A stretch of DNA of 64,000 nt from a virus: UHGV virus genome UHGV-1372970; one strand, written 5' to 3'. A program made the position numbers and the translations under genes. Shown here piece by piece: positions 20,961-30,952 of this stretch. Every line of letters starts with the position of its first letter. The stretch's first letter is position 1. The notes below the pieces were generated by a model. That model was not told where the DNA came from. It saw only the letters and a list, made by a program, of their open reading frames with translations, and ran no database searches.

Positions 20961-22535
20961 TTATTCGTCATTACCCGGTTTCTTGGGTGATGTTTTCCCT
21001 GTTCCTTGGGACTTCTCTTGCCCAGTTTCTCGGGCTGTACCTTTATCATAAGTAAGTGCTAACTTACTTTCAACCCCCATAGGTTCATTTTTTGGAGGAA
21101 ATTGCAATAAATCTTTCTCAATCTCCTTCATTTTCTCTTTCGGGAGGTTCGGGAAGATTTTATCAATCAGGATCTCCATCTGATAACGACGCACAGAATC
21201 CGGTGCCTGGAGCAATTGCAGGTTCTGGGCAACACTGAACTCGTCAGTCAGACCACGAATGTCGAAGCTCTCAGGGTACGCCACCAGCTCGTCATCTTCT
21301 GGCAGTTTGTCACCCATCCATGCAGTCACCAGCTTCATCAGCATTTCCTCGGCTCGCTGCAGGCGGCTTGATTTGTTGATAAGCAGACTATTCACTCGCT
21401 GGAAGTCATACAGCTTGGCCGCGCCGCTGGAGTTGTCGATACCCTTAGCGTTGTCCTGCTTCGTCCGCTCACCAGCCACGCCGACAGAGTGATAGATCTC
21501 ATTGATGATCTGCTGAACGGTCGAAATAATCATGCTCGCCTGTTTCGGGTCCGGCGACAGGTAGAATGGTTGCGCTCCGTTTTCGCCGTCGTAGGTGAAG
21601 ACGCGCTTCGTACCAAACTCCAGCACTTTTTTGTGGTTCTCGTCGCCAGGCAACAGCGACTGAACAGGGATGGCCAGCTGGGAAAATGTCTGATCCTGGA
21701 TGATGGCATCGAGGTTAGACAGATAGTTCGCCACGGCACGGTCGAGGTAAGCGATGTCATCAATAAGCGACGGGCTGAAATACTGCGACTCACTCTGCCC
21801 CATACAATCGACCGGGAATACCGGAACCATGCCGAGGCCATGCGAACCGTAATCTTCCAGAATCACCTTCGCTCGATTGCCGGCGCGTGAGCCCTTTTTC
21901 TCTTCACGGAACAGATACCAGTCGGTCTTTGTCCATAAACGGTAACGAAGGAACTCTTTGCCGGAGGATTTGAAAGGGTCAGAGTCATCACGACCGATTT
22001 CGCAGATCAGAATCCAGCTCAGATTACCCTCTTCATCCCACGCGCAATCCAGCATCTGCTGTGGCGATACCCAATAGGCGTAAGCGCGGCCGTCAGATTT
22101 CTTCTGATCCTCTTTCGACTCAATTTCACCCGATACAGTGCTATCCACGACAACCCAGATACGACCGTAAATTGATGACTGCAGGTCGACTTCGGCCATG
22201 AAGTCATCGATATTCATGTTCTGGCGTGTTGCACGTTTCCAAAAGTCTTTTACAGATTGCGGCGCGTCGTCCTCGCAGCGGTGAATATCCTCTTTAAACA
22301 GGTATTTGTTGATGAGGTTCACTACTTCGCGAGTGTGGTTAAACCGGTAAGCACGCTCCAGTCGCTCTTTAAATTCAGCATCCCCCTCTTTGAAGTAGCG
22401 GAAGATGTTGTCTTTAAACCATGTACGGCCACCAGCGTAAGTGGCCGCGATGAAGTCCCAATGCGCTTTGCGCGTTTCGTAATCAGGATGGCGACGGTTC
22501 ACCAGATCCTGAATCATTTTAGTAGACAATTCCAT
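20961..22535 (-). CDS. Portal protein.
   Basis: 524 aa, directly downstream of TerL. Confidence 0.85.
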   Translation of the reverse strand: MELSTKMIQDLVNRRHPDYETRKAHWDFIAATYAGGRTWFKDNIFRYFKEGDAEFKERLERAYRFNHTREVVNLINKYLFKEDIHRCEDDAPQSVKDFWKRATRQNMNIDDFMAEVDLQSSIYGRIWVVVDSTVSGEIESKEDQKKSDGRAYAYWVSPQQMLDCAWDEEGNLSWILICEIGRDDSDPFKSSGKEFLRYRLWTKTDWYLFREEKKGSRAGNRAKVILEDYGSHGLGMVPVFPVDCMGQSESQYFSPSLIDDIAYLDRAVANYLSNLDAIIQDQTFSQLAIPVQSLLPGDENHKKVLEFGTKRVFTYDGENGAQPFYLSPDPKQASMIISTVQQIINEIYHSVGVAGERTKQDNAKGIDNSSGAAKLYDFQRVNSLLINKSSRLQRAEEMLMKLVTAWMGDKLPEDDELVAYPESFDIRGLTDEFSVAQNLQLLQAPDSVRRYQMEILIDKIFPNLPKEKMKEIEKDLLQFPPKNEPMGVESKLALTYDKGTARETGQEKSQGTGKTSPKKPGNDE

Positions 22536-22566
22536 TTGTCATATCCTTACGTTAGTAAATACTTAC

Positions 22567-23823
22567 TTATCTCGATCCACCAAGAATAACACGAGTCTTG
22601 ACCGGGAATCGACGATGAATTGGATAACCCAGGGCATCGGCGCTGTGCTCGACGTTTCCAGTTTTATCAATGTCACGGCCACCTGGCTTATAAACCACCT
22701 TCTCCAGTGAATCGATCAGATGCTTACATTTCGGGTCGATGTACATGCGCACGTCGCCTGAAGCGGTCAGTAGCAGTCGGTTTACTGCGTTCACACGGTC
22801 AGCGATCGGCGGGTGCTTCTTCGGATGGTCAATTCGCATAAACCCCTTCTCCTTGAAGATGTCCACATCCGATTCACCTCGCGCGTGCTGTCGGTATGCA
22901 CCAGCGGGGTCAGGGAAAACTGTCACCTGGCTTTTCTGGCGCCAATACCGTCTCTCCAACTCATCACACACTTCTGACGTGTTGGAAGAGAACAGGACAA
23001 CCTCATCAATCGCCCAAACTTCGCCGTTAGGCTGCGGCTGCAGGATCACCGATGACATTGGGTCGATGTTGAAGTCCTGCCCCACCCAGATAGGTAAGCG
23101 TGGATTGAATTGCAGAGGCTTTACATGCACACCACGTTCAAACGGGTAATACACACGACCGGACATATTTTCGAACGAAGCAAGATACTCCTGCGCGAAC
23201 GATTTAGGGTCCATGTCGTTTTTGGCCGCTTCGATCTCGCTATCTGGGACGAATGGAGAATCTGCCGTCACAAACTGCCAGCTCTTCCACAACCCTTTTG
23301 CTTGCATCTCTGGGTTCTGGCCGATCATGAATAGCTTATGGAACTCTGAGAAGCCCTTTGGCGTACCGATGATCAGCGCACCACCGCGGGTAGACGACAG
23401 CGTCGGTCGAAGCACCTTGTACCAGGTGTCCGGCTTCATATCCTGAAACTCATCCAGTACGACAAAGTTCAGAGCAACACCACGAAGCGTATCCGGCTTA
23501 TCCGCCCCTTTTAGCGCGATCTCACTGCCGTTCTTCAGGATGATTGTCATCGTGGTATCGTTTTTCTTCGCGATCCACTTACGAGGCAATACTTCCTGAA
23601 GGTCATCCCACAGAATTTGTCGTGCCATCTGATACGTTGGTGCGATGTACCAGACACGCTGTTTGCGGTCAGCTGCGGCCGCTTTGATGATTTTAGAAAT
23701 CGACAGTCGTGACTTGCCCCAGCGTCGACCGGCGCACACCACCTTGAAGCGGTGCGGTGACTTGAAGACCCTCATCTGCCCCGAATGCAACTGAACCAAG
23801 CTCAGGGAGGATGGCATAGCCAT
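22567..23823 (-). CDS. Terminase large subunit.
   Basis: 418 aa. Walker A motif GRRWGKS and Walker B motif VVLDE. C-terminal nuclease domain. Confidence 0.9.
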   Translation of the reverse strand: MAMPSSLSLVQLHSGQMRVFKSPHRFKVVCAGRRWGKSRLSISKIIKAAAADRKQRVWYIAPTYQMARQILWDDLQEVLPRKWIAKKNDTTMTIILKNGSEIALKGADKPDTLRGVALNFVVLDEFQDMKPDTWYKVLRPTLSSTRGGALIIGTPKGFSEFHKLFMIGQNPEMQAKGLWKSWQFVTADSPFVPDSEIEAAKNDMDPKSFAQEYLASFENMSGRVYYPFERGVHVKPLQFNPRLPIWVGQDFNIDPMSSVILQPQPNGEVWAIDEVVLFSSNTSEVCDELERRYWRQKSQVTVFPDPAGAYRQHARGESDVDIFKEKGFMRIDHPKKHPPIADRVNAVNRLLLTASGDVRMYIDPKCKHLIDSLEKVVYKPGGRDIDKTGNVEHSADALGYPIHRRFPVKTRVILGGSR

Positions 23824-24413
23824 TAGTCATCCCCCTCGTCGTCTTCATCGAACGCATCCAGCATCTCAACGTCATCGACCAGATTATCCTCGTCCATTTT
23901 CTTGAGTTCGCTAACCTGGGCTGATGTCAGCTCACCGAAGACCAAATTCGGGATCTCGTCACTGATGTCATCGTCTTTTTCCAGACCTAACGCACGACTG
24001 GTCACGTCAAAGCATTTCTGAATGACCGCACTGGCTCGCTGAAGCGATTTGATGTTGTCCTCAATGAGCGCCAATGGCTTACCCTCTCGGGTGGCACTCA
24101 GAACCTCTTTCATGGTCAAGCGGCCGATGTTTTGCGCCCAGGTATCGTAGGATTCTTTTCGTTCTTCGATTTTCTGCGCACGTGCACGTGCACGGATTTC
24201 TGCATCCGATTTAAGCGACTCGCGGATCATCTCACCGACACTGTCTGAGCCTTTGGCGATACCCTTCTTTTTGAAGTACCGCGAGAAGGTTTCAGAGCGC
24301 GTGCCGTACTCTTCTTCGAGCATTGATAAGGTGTATTCGCCGGAGCGCCACTTAGCCTCAATCTCTGCCCACTGCGCCGGAGACAGGCGCGGTTTTTTGG
24401 CGGTTTCTGTCAT
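23823..24413 (-). CDS. Terminase small subunit (putative).
   Basis: 196 aa. N-terminal HTH-like segment and very acidic C-terminus. ATGA overlap with TerL. Confidence 0.6.
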   Translation of the reverse strand: MTETAKKPRLSPAQWAEIEAKWRSGEYTLSMLEEEYGTRSETFSRYFKKKGIAKGSDSVGEMIRESLKSDAEIRARARAQKIEERKESYDTWAQNIGRLTMKEVLSATREGKPLALIEDNIKSLQRASAVIQKCFDVTSRALGLEKDDDISDEIPNLVFGELTSAQVSELKKMDEDNLVDDVEMLDAFDEDDEGDD

Positions 24414-24582
24414 AGTTCCCTCTAATTCCGCTCGGCATCTTCCTGACGCCTTAAAACAAATTGTTTTCTGGTGGTAGTTGTTTACTAAGCAACCAAAAAA
24501 CTAAAAAAACAGAGCCGTGCTCTGGATATTTATATATCTGGCAGTTCTTCTTTTAAAAACATACAGAATCAGGCTCTTTCAA

Positions 24583-24849
24583 CTACACCAGCAGCATTTT
24601 TGCTTTTGCTCTGCCCAAGATAGTCAGCCCCAGCGTCCGACGATGATGCAGCGTTTCGCCCCGCGGCCGACAGTCGTGCTTTTCAACCAGTCCCTTTTTG
24701 ATGAGCGCACGTAGAGAAAACTGCATACTCTGCTTGGAGGTTCGGTATGGCAGGATCTCCAGCAACTCATCCAGATCGAGAAGATGCCCACGCTCATAAC
24801 CGAGACTGATTGTTTTGATGATGTCTTTTTGCTTTGATGTCAGGTTCAT
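24583..24849 (-). CDS. Small winged-helix DNA-binding protein.
   Basis: 88 aa. MarR/wHTH-like segment. Confidence 0.4.
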   Translation of the reverse strand: MNLTSKQKDIIKTISLGYERGHLLDLDELLEILPYRTSKQSMQFSLRALIKKGLVEKHDCRPRGETLHHRRTLGLTILGRAKAKMLLV

Positions 24850-24858
24850 TTTGTATCC

Positions 24859-25749
24859 TTACAAAATTTTCGTTAAATCCAGCGGCGCATCCAGCGGCTG
24901 GTTATCAAATGCCAGAAGCGGTAAAACGTCCGGCAGCTGGCGACCGAAGTCTGGGTTCCGATACACGCCATACAGAGGGCTGGTGAAGCTCAGTGTGTGA
25001 ATATCCTTCAGCAGCTTCACAATACTGCTCTCGTCAGTCAGCGAGTCAGCAATGTCCTGTACTGTCGTTCCGCGGTTTCGGCCAGCTTTAGCCAGACTTG
25101 AATTTTTGTGGTAGTTCGCAACCAGATCATGCAATGCACGTTTCCTGCGCCCCTCCGCCATTTTAAGCAGCTCTTTCACCACAGACTCGTTATCGCCAGG
25201 GTCAGCTCTGAAATGGCGCTGGAAGACTTTTAGAGCGCTTTCGTAGGAGCGTGGTCGTTCTGGTTTGATAAACTGGAACCCTGCTTTCATAGCGAACGGG
25301 TTGTATTTGCTCATCGACGACTGAACTTCCAGAATTGGCTTGTCGTGCATACGACTGGCAATATTCATGAACCGGTACGAAAGCCCCAGCCCACGGTACT
25401 GCGTATCGGCCACCAGACGACTGACAACGGCGAACTCCTGATTCACGCGCTTACCCCAGATCTGATTAGCCTCTTTCGTGTTCGACGTTGGCTTAATGTC
25501 TGGGAACATGCGGTGGCGCGGCGCCAGCAGCAGCTTCGGATAGGCCATAACCAAAACACCGATAAGACGGCCGTCAAGTTCGGCGCGATAGTAGGATGGT
25601 GCGAACGGCTTGCCGTCTGTTTTGTAGTGCAACCCTTTCAGCGCGTTCCAATCCTCAACCGTCCCTCTCTTCACCACGATGCGCTCCATGAAATCCAGAT
25701 GGCGCGGGAACTCTTCAGGCTGGTGGTGCGTGATAACTACATCGTTCAT
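24859..25749 (-). CDS. GNAT-family acetyltransferase domain protein.
   Basis: Central GNAT motif A (YRGLGLSYRFMN) followed by ...NPFAMKAGFQFIKP. Confidence 0.5.
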   Translation of the reverse strand: MNDVVITHHQPEEFPRHLDFMERIVVKRGTVEDWNALKGLHYKTDGKPFAPSYYRAELDGRLIGVLVMAYPKLLLAPRHRMFPDIKPTSNTKEANQIWGKRVNQEFAVVSRLVADTQYRGLGLSYRFMNIASRMHDKPILEVQSSMSKYNPFAMKAGFQFIKPERPRSYESALKVFQRHFRADPGDNESVVKELLKMAEGRRKRALHDLVANYHKNSSLAKAGRNRGTTVQDIADSLTDESSIVKLLKDIHTLSFTSPLYGVYRNPDFGRQLPDVLPLLAFDNQPLDAPLDLTKIL

Positions 25750-26303
25750 CGCTTCATCACCTTTCTGACACTCTCGAACCCACCCTGGCGAATCGTATGA
25801 GGATCTCGTGTTACGATTGAGGCGATCGGGGGCAAGCCACCGGCTTTCTTATCAGCCTTAAACTGACGAAATGCCGCATCGAGCATTTCCGCGACGTAGC
25901 CCTGTAGATAGGTGATGGCTTCCTGATCGGACAGATGTACACCGTGAGATTCAGCCGTCGACATCGCGACGTGCAATGCTTCATGCCACAGTGTTTTCTC
26001 GTCCTGACTGTCTGGCAGGAACACACCATGCACAGAGCGATCGGCTTCGAAGTAACCCATATCAGTGACCCAGCCGCCCACGTCATCAATGAACTGGCTG
26101 TCATCCACTCCGTATAGCTGTTTCATGGTTTCGACATAACGAGCGGCGCCGAAGACAACCACGCAGCGACTGTAATAAGGCGCCACGCGGAAACCGTATG
26201 CACCGTGCGCTCTCAGCCATTCACGCCATTCGCCTTCAGTGGTGAAGCGGCGCCGCAGCTGGGCGCCCTCGAAGATTGGAAAAACCTTGCTATCAATGCT
26301 CAT
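25746..26303 (-). CDS. HExxH motif protein (putative zinc metallopeptidase).
   Basis: 185 aa with WHEALHVAMS. Overlapping stop/start with both neighbours. Confidence 0.45.
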   Translation of the reverse strand: MSIDSKVFPIFEGAQLRRRFTTEGEWREWLRAHGAYGFRVAPYYSRCVVVFGAARYVETMKQLYGVDDSQFIDDVGGWVTDMGYFEADRSVHGVFLPDSQDEKTLWHEALHVAMSTAESHGVHLSDQEAITYLQGYVAEMLDAAFRQFKADKKAGGLPPIASIVTRDPHTIRQGGFESVRKVMKR

Positions 26304-26934
26304 AGTCCACCTTCACACGTTCTTTGTAGTGCTTGGTGATCTGCACAGACGGACGCAGCGCGTTCTTTAAATCTTCGTGCGTGGTAGCGACGATAACCGT
26401 TGCGCCGGCAGCGCGGGCGGCACGCTGTAGGTTCGACGCAACAACCTGCGCCGTGACACGGTCAAGAACGGCTCCAAATTCGTCAGCTACCCAGACATCA
26501 GCCCCGGACTCAATCAGCTTGGCGATTTTGAGACGGTACTTTTGACCGTCCGACATCTCAGACGGCTTCCGCACAAACAGATAGGCATCATTCAAGCCGG
26601 CCATGGACAACAGGCCCAGCGCGTCGCTGGTGGTTTTCCCCAACTGGTCTATTACGTTGGTATCGTCCCGAAAGACGAAGTCATCAATGGACGCAACAGT
26701 TTGACCGTTTTTCGCCATCAAACTCTGTAGCTCACGCAAAATAACGGACTTACCGGAACCAGACTGACCTGTCACGTAAACGACGTCGCCGCCTGCAATA
26801 TCCAGCTCAAGGTTGTCATAGAGAGTCCACTCTTTTTCCTCCAGACCCAGGCCAAACGACTCTGCAATCTCCAACGTGCGGATCGTTTTATTGACCCGCG
26901 TGTTAAAGGCAACGTTGATAAGGTACTTACCCAT
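26293..26934 (-). CDS. Stand-alone ABC-type ATPase.
   Basis: Walker A (GQSGSGKS), ABC signature (MSDGQKYRL), Walker B (DVWVADEF), H-loop (ATTHE). Start reassigned to MGKYLINV, where ATGGGTAA overlaps the upstream stop. Confidence 0.75.
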   Translation of the reverse strand: MGKYLINVAFNTRVNKTIRTLEIAESFGLGLEEKEWTLYDNLELDIAGGDVVYVTGQSGSGKSVILRELQSLMAKNGQTVASIDDFVFRDDTNVIDQLGKTTSDALGLLSMAGLNDAYLFVRKPSEMSDGQKYRLKIAKLIESGADVWVADEFGAVLDRVTAQVVASNLQRAARAAGATVIVATTHEDLKNALRPSVQITKHYKERVKVDYEH

Positions 26935-27607
26935 GCTCCGTCGCTCCTTCGGAGATTTTCGCAGCATAAGCGAGGAAGGCAGCTTCACCCATAAGACCGG
27001 TTTCGTCTTCCATCCACGCCAGCAAATCACCCACCACGATTGCATCGCTGGTCGGGACATCTTTAAAGCCCAGAATATCGACGATACGAGTGCGGCCACC
27101 TGCGACCTCTTCCGTAATCGACTTGTGCTCTTCGCGCTGGCGCTCTGCCTCTTCGTTGAGATCGTCAATCAGCGTGTCATCGGCCATCTTTTCAGTGAGA
27201 TCTTCGATAAACACCTTCAGCTCGCGATCCTCAAAACCGTAAATATCGACACCATCATCCTGAAGCAGCTCGGTCAGCTCTTCCTGCATACGAACTGCGT
27301 CATAATCGATACTGGCGAGTCGGTTGTCTTCGAGGCGCTTAGCGCGTACAGCGCTTTCTGACAGGTCATCACGAACGATGACGGGAACAGTAGCAAGCCC
27401 CGCCAGCAGTGCGGCTTCACGTCGGCCGTGACCGGTGATGATCACTCGATGCTTATCAACGGTGATAGGCTGGTCGAACCCGCGGCTTTTGATGGCAGCG
27501 GCCAGGTCTTTGATCTGGCGTTCATCATGTTTTTTCGCGTTTTTCTCATACGGGATGAGCGTGCGCGGGTCTAAATATTTAATTTTAAACGACTTTTCCA
27601 TCGACAA
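26927..27607 (-). CDS. ParB/Srx N-terminal domain protein 1.
   Basis: ParB box (ITGHGRREAALLAG). Acidic C-terminal half. Confidence 0.75.
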   Translation of the reverse strand: MSMEKSFKIKYLDPRTLIPYEKNAKKHDERQIKDLAAAIKSRGFDQPITVDKHRVIITGHGRREAALLAGLATVPVIVRDDLSESAVRAKRLEDNRLASIDYDAVRMQEELTELLQDDGVDIYGFEDRELKVFIEDLTEKMADDTLIDDLNEEAERQREEHKSITEEVAGGRTRIVDILGFKDVPTSDAIVVGDLLAWMEDETGLMGEAAFLAYAAKISEGATEHG

Positions 27608-28298
27608 CGTCCTTGTAATATTGAGTCAGCCATACCAGGGCCTCGCCAGCGTCTTCCATGTCGCTGCCTGTCTTAATACCCTGTTCACGGATAATGGTTT
27701 TTACGATTTCAGTGACACCTTCAGCGGTATCAAAAGAAACCTTAAAACGCATGGTCTGGTGCTCCACGCCGAGGCGCTCTTTCGTTTCACGGGGGTCTGC
27801 CTCCGCTACACTGTCACCTTCCTCACCCAGCAATCCCAGCTCTTCGAGGTCGATCCGGGACTCACGCGCCAGCGTTGCCGTCAATTCCTCGTCATATGGG
27901 GCGATTTCAGCCAGCGAGTAGTCGATTTCAGCCTGAATACTCTCAATCAGACGCTGAAGCTCGACCGCATCGTCCTCACCGTAACGCTCGTTATCGACCA
28001 GAGACATTTGCTTAGCGACGTTGTCCTCAACGACGCCCACTGATGTCACCGGCACTGAAGCCATGCCCTGCTCAATAGCAGCACGCCAGCGGTGTTCTCC
28101 GCCGAGGATCTGATAGGTGCCATCTTCCATATCGCGAACGAGGATCGGCTTGAAGAAACCGAGACGGTCGATTGAGTTTTTCAGCTTGTCGAAGTTTTGC
28201 GCACCGACAACATTCGTATTCCAGGGGTTAGGCCGCAGCTGGGCTGTCTCCACCGTCAAAATACTAATTTTAACGTCCATATTTTTGATACAATCCAT
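27585..28298 (-). CDS. ParB/Srx N-terminal domain protein 2 (paralog).
   Basis: QILGGEHRWRAAIEQG ParB box. Acidic C-terminal half. Confidence 0.75.
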   Translation of the reverse strand: MDCIKNMDVKISILTVETAQLRPNPWNTNVVGAQNFDKLKNSIDRLGFFKPILVRDMEDGTYQILGGEHRWRAAIEQGMASVPVTSVGVVEDNVAKQMSLVDNERYGEDDAVELQRLIESIQAEIDYSLAEIAPYDEELTATLARESRIDLEELGLLGEEGDSVAEADPRETKERLGVEHQTMRFKVSFDTAEGVTEIVKTIIREQGIKTGSDMEDAGEALVWLTQYYKDVVDGKVV

Positions 28299-28363
28299 TT
28301 AGTAAGTAGTTACTTATATAGAATACCCAATTAGCATAAATAAGGCACGAAGGAAATTAAAAA

Positions 28364-29941
28364 ATGACAGTCAGGATTGTTTTTGACGCAGTCAACGCCA
28401 TCGTCAAAGGGGCAGATGACGACGTTAATCTAAAAATACAGAAAATGCTTAGTTACGACGTGGATGGCGGTCGATACAGTGGCGGCGATAGTGGCTGGAA
28501 TGGTCAGAGCACCATGTTCAGTTGGGCTAACGGTGTGTTTCCCGCGGGATTTGCGCGAGCCGTCGCTGCAGATCTTGGTCGGTCTGGAGTTAAGTGCGCT
28601 CTTGTCAGGAAAGAACTCACTAAGCCTCTCGGTAAGCCAAACCCTGTAGTAAGCCCATTCCCATACAACCCAGATTACGCTTACCAAGATGAAACGTGCG
28701 AGCGTCTGGTTCGTTTTGGCGGAATGATCGCGCAAGTGGCTACCGGTGGCGGGAAATCTCAAATAGCGTGTAAGGCGGCTGCGCGGATTGGTCGCATGAC
28801 GCTGTTTATCACCACGCGGTCTATGCTCATGTACCAGATGCAGGAAAATTTTCAGGAATCAATGGATTACCGCGCCTCACATGGTGAGCCATGGCTGGAG
28901 AATGAAAAGGTTGGTGTCATCGGCTCTGGTGAACTGAAGTTCTCTCGCTTCATTAACGTGGCGACTGTTCAGACGCTCTCCAGCTTTCTGAGTGAGCCTG
29001 GCCGGGATTTAAGTAAAGAGAAGCGCGACTTCCATCTTCGTCGTCGCGAACTCATCAAAAAGATGCTGGCCAACGTATCTCTACTGATTCTCGAAGAGGC
29101 GCACGAGGCATCAGGCGAAAGCTTCTATGAAATAGCCCGGCTCTGTAAAAATGCGGATTATCGTTTAGCGCTGACAGCAACGCCCTTCATGAAGGACAGC
29201 ACCGAAGCGAACATGCGACTGATGGCCGTATCTGGTCGAATAGAGATCAAAGTGTCTGAAAAATATCTGATTGATAAAGGTATTTTGGCAAAACCCTTTT
29301 TCCTTTATCGTAAAATCGGTTACGTTCCTGATACTGAACGGCTTAACAAGGAATTAACAGGCAAACATGTAAACTTCCGCGTAAGCATGACGACAGCGTA
29401 TCAGAAGGCATATCAGCTCGGCATCACATATAATCTGGCTCGAAATAGCGCGATTGTTGACACCGCCGTGACCTTTAAGCAATTTGGTTTAAGCTGCATG
29501 ACGCTGGTTAGGCATGAAAGACACGGGCAGATACTGAAAGAAATGCTGGAGCAAAGAGGTTTAGTAGCGAGTTTTATCAATGGGAAATCTTCAGCAGCAA
29601 CGCGATCGGCCAAGCTGATTGAACTTGCTACAGGAAAGATTGACGTACTGATAGGCTCAACGATTCTGGATGTGGGTGTAGACGTCCCGAGCGTAGGATC
29701 GGTAATCATGGCTGGTGGCGGAAAAGCGGAAGTGGAGCTTAGACAGCGTGTGGGGCGAGGTCTTCGCAAAAAGAAAAACCAGGCTAACGTCTGCTTCGTT
29801 GCAGATTTTCTGGACACATCCAACAAGCACCTCATGTCACACTCCTACGAGCGGAAAAACATCATCGAGACGACGCCCGGGTTTGCGGAAGGTCTTCTTG
29901 GGATTGATGGTAAATTCGACTTCTCGATTCTCGCGTCTTAA
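28364..29941 (+). CDS. SF2 DNA helicase (DEAH-like).
   Basis: Walker A (QVATGGGKS), motif II (LILEEAHEAS). C-terminal helicase domain with ...TILDVGVDVP... and QRVGRGLR. Confidence 0.85.
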   Translation: MTVRIVFDAVNAIVKGADDDVNLKIQKMLSYDVDGGRYSGGDSGWNGQSTMFSWANGVFPAGFARAVAADLGRSGVKCALVRKELTKPLGKPNPVVSPFPYNPDYAYQDETCERLVRFGGMIAQVATGGGKSQIACKAAARIGRMTLFITTRSMLMYQMQENFQESMDYRASHGEPWLENEKVGVIGSGELKFSRFINVATVQTLSSFLSEPGRDLSKEKRDFHLRRRELIKKMLANVSLLILEEAHEASGESFYEIARLCKNADYRLALTATPFMKDSTEANMRLMAVSGRIEIKVSEKYLIDKGILAKPFFLYRKIGYVPDTERLNKELTGKHVNFRVSMTTAYQKAYQLGITYNLARNSAIVDTAVTFKQFGLSCMTLVRHERHGQILKEMLEQRGLVASFINGKSSAATRSAKLIELATGKIDVLIGSTILDVGVDVPSVGSVIMAGGGKAEVELRQRVGRGLRKKKNQANVCFVADFLDTSNKHLMSHSYERKNIIETTPGFAEGLLGIDGKFDFSILAS

Positions 29942-29986
29942 AGTTTATGGCCGGTCTTTTGACCGGCACTTATGGGGGGAAAGACC

Positions 29987-30340
29987 ATGAAAGAGCAATC
30001 TCAGCACAACTCAGACGTAGCTATCACGAAGCAACGCGGAGACGTGCACAAGCAAGATGACACGAAGTTCATAAGTTGCCATCTTAAGCTATCACCGGTT
30101 GCTGACAAACAATTGATTAAGATTCAGCAACTGTTGCGAAACGACAACATAAAATTATCAAAAACCGGTGTTATAAATCTCCTTCTTGAAAATTTAAATG
30201 CAGAACTTTTCCTTAACGATTTGTCTACAATACTCGGCAATCGTCTTCAAAATAAAATAGCCCAAGTTTTTCTCAATTCAGATATGAACGACGAAGATTT
30301 AGAGATATTGAAGAGAATGGAAAGAAACAAGAAGAAATAA
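29987..30340 (+). CDS. Hypothetical protein (AT-rich island).
   Basis: ORF 29972..30340. Start moved to the ATG at MKEQSQ. Confidence 0.4.
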   Translation: MKEQSQHNSDVAITKQRGDVHKQDDTKFISCHLKLSPVADKQLIKIQQLLRNDNIKLSKTGVINLLLENLNAELFLNDLSTILGNRLQNKIAQVFLNSDMNDEDLEILKRMERNKKK

Positions 30341-30404
30341 AGAAGATTACTATTAACACAAAGGCGTCAACAAGACGTCTTTTGATTTAACAAGTCGGGC
30401 TATT

Positions 30405-30938
30405 ATGAACAAGACAGATTTCACATACGGAATTAATGCAGAGAAGGAAAGAGATCTCTCATTAACTATGGGGTATTTTAAACATCTCCAGAGCAAAAGA
30501 TTACCTGTAAGGGTCGTGGCAGCTGATGGGCAGGCTTTCTCAATGCGAGTGACTGGGTTCGACCTACGGTCAAGTCGCATCTACTTCTCACCCTTTACTG
30601 ATGACGCCAAGGCGAATCGCGTCATCATACCAGCCGAGTATATAATCTCCGCAGAGGTGATTGACGCCTCAGAAGTAGACACAATCCATAAAGGCCAGCT
30701 GACGTTGAGGCGTGGTGATTTTGAAGACAATGGCTACATTCGCTCAGGCAGAGACTTCTTTCAGGTAATTCGTTACGCATACCAGCAGGGCAAGCCTATA
30801 AGGGTCTATCTGTCCGATAACCGAGTATTGGAAGGTGTATCAACCGGCATGAATGAGCAATCAGTCGGCTTAAGGCTTTCTAACAACAAAACCATCCAGC
30901 TATACTATGATTGGGTCGACCGTATTGTCCCCCTTTAA
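30405..30938 (+). CDS. Hypothetical protein.
   Basis: 177 aa ORF in the plus-strand operon. Confidence 0.5.
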   Translation: MNKTDFTYGINAEKERDLSLTMGYFKHLQSKRLPVRVVAADGQAFSMRVTGFDLRSSRIYFSPFTDDAKANRVIIPAEYIISAEVIDASEVDTIHKGQLTLRRGDFEDNGYIRSGRDFFQVIRYAYQQGKPIRVYLSDNRVLEGVSTGMNEQSVGLRLSNNKTIQLYYDWVDRIVPL

Positions 30939-30952
30939 GCAATCAAGTAGAG

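Noticed and set aside
26293-27168. Long N-terminal extensions in the ORF track (26293..27168 ABC ATPase, 37712..38017, 38033..38500, 44370..44759, 44743..45243, 56255..57289, 61264..61950, 34379..34798, 39969..41654).
   Set aside because: The listed first codons are TTG or GTG or out-of-context ATGs. They overlap upstream genes or promoter palindromes. Internal ATGs with good Shine-Dalgarno sequences, signal peptides or ATGA-type coupling give more plausible starts, and these are used in the feature table.
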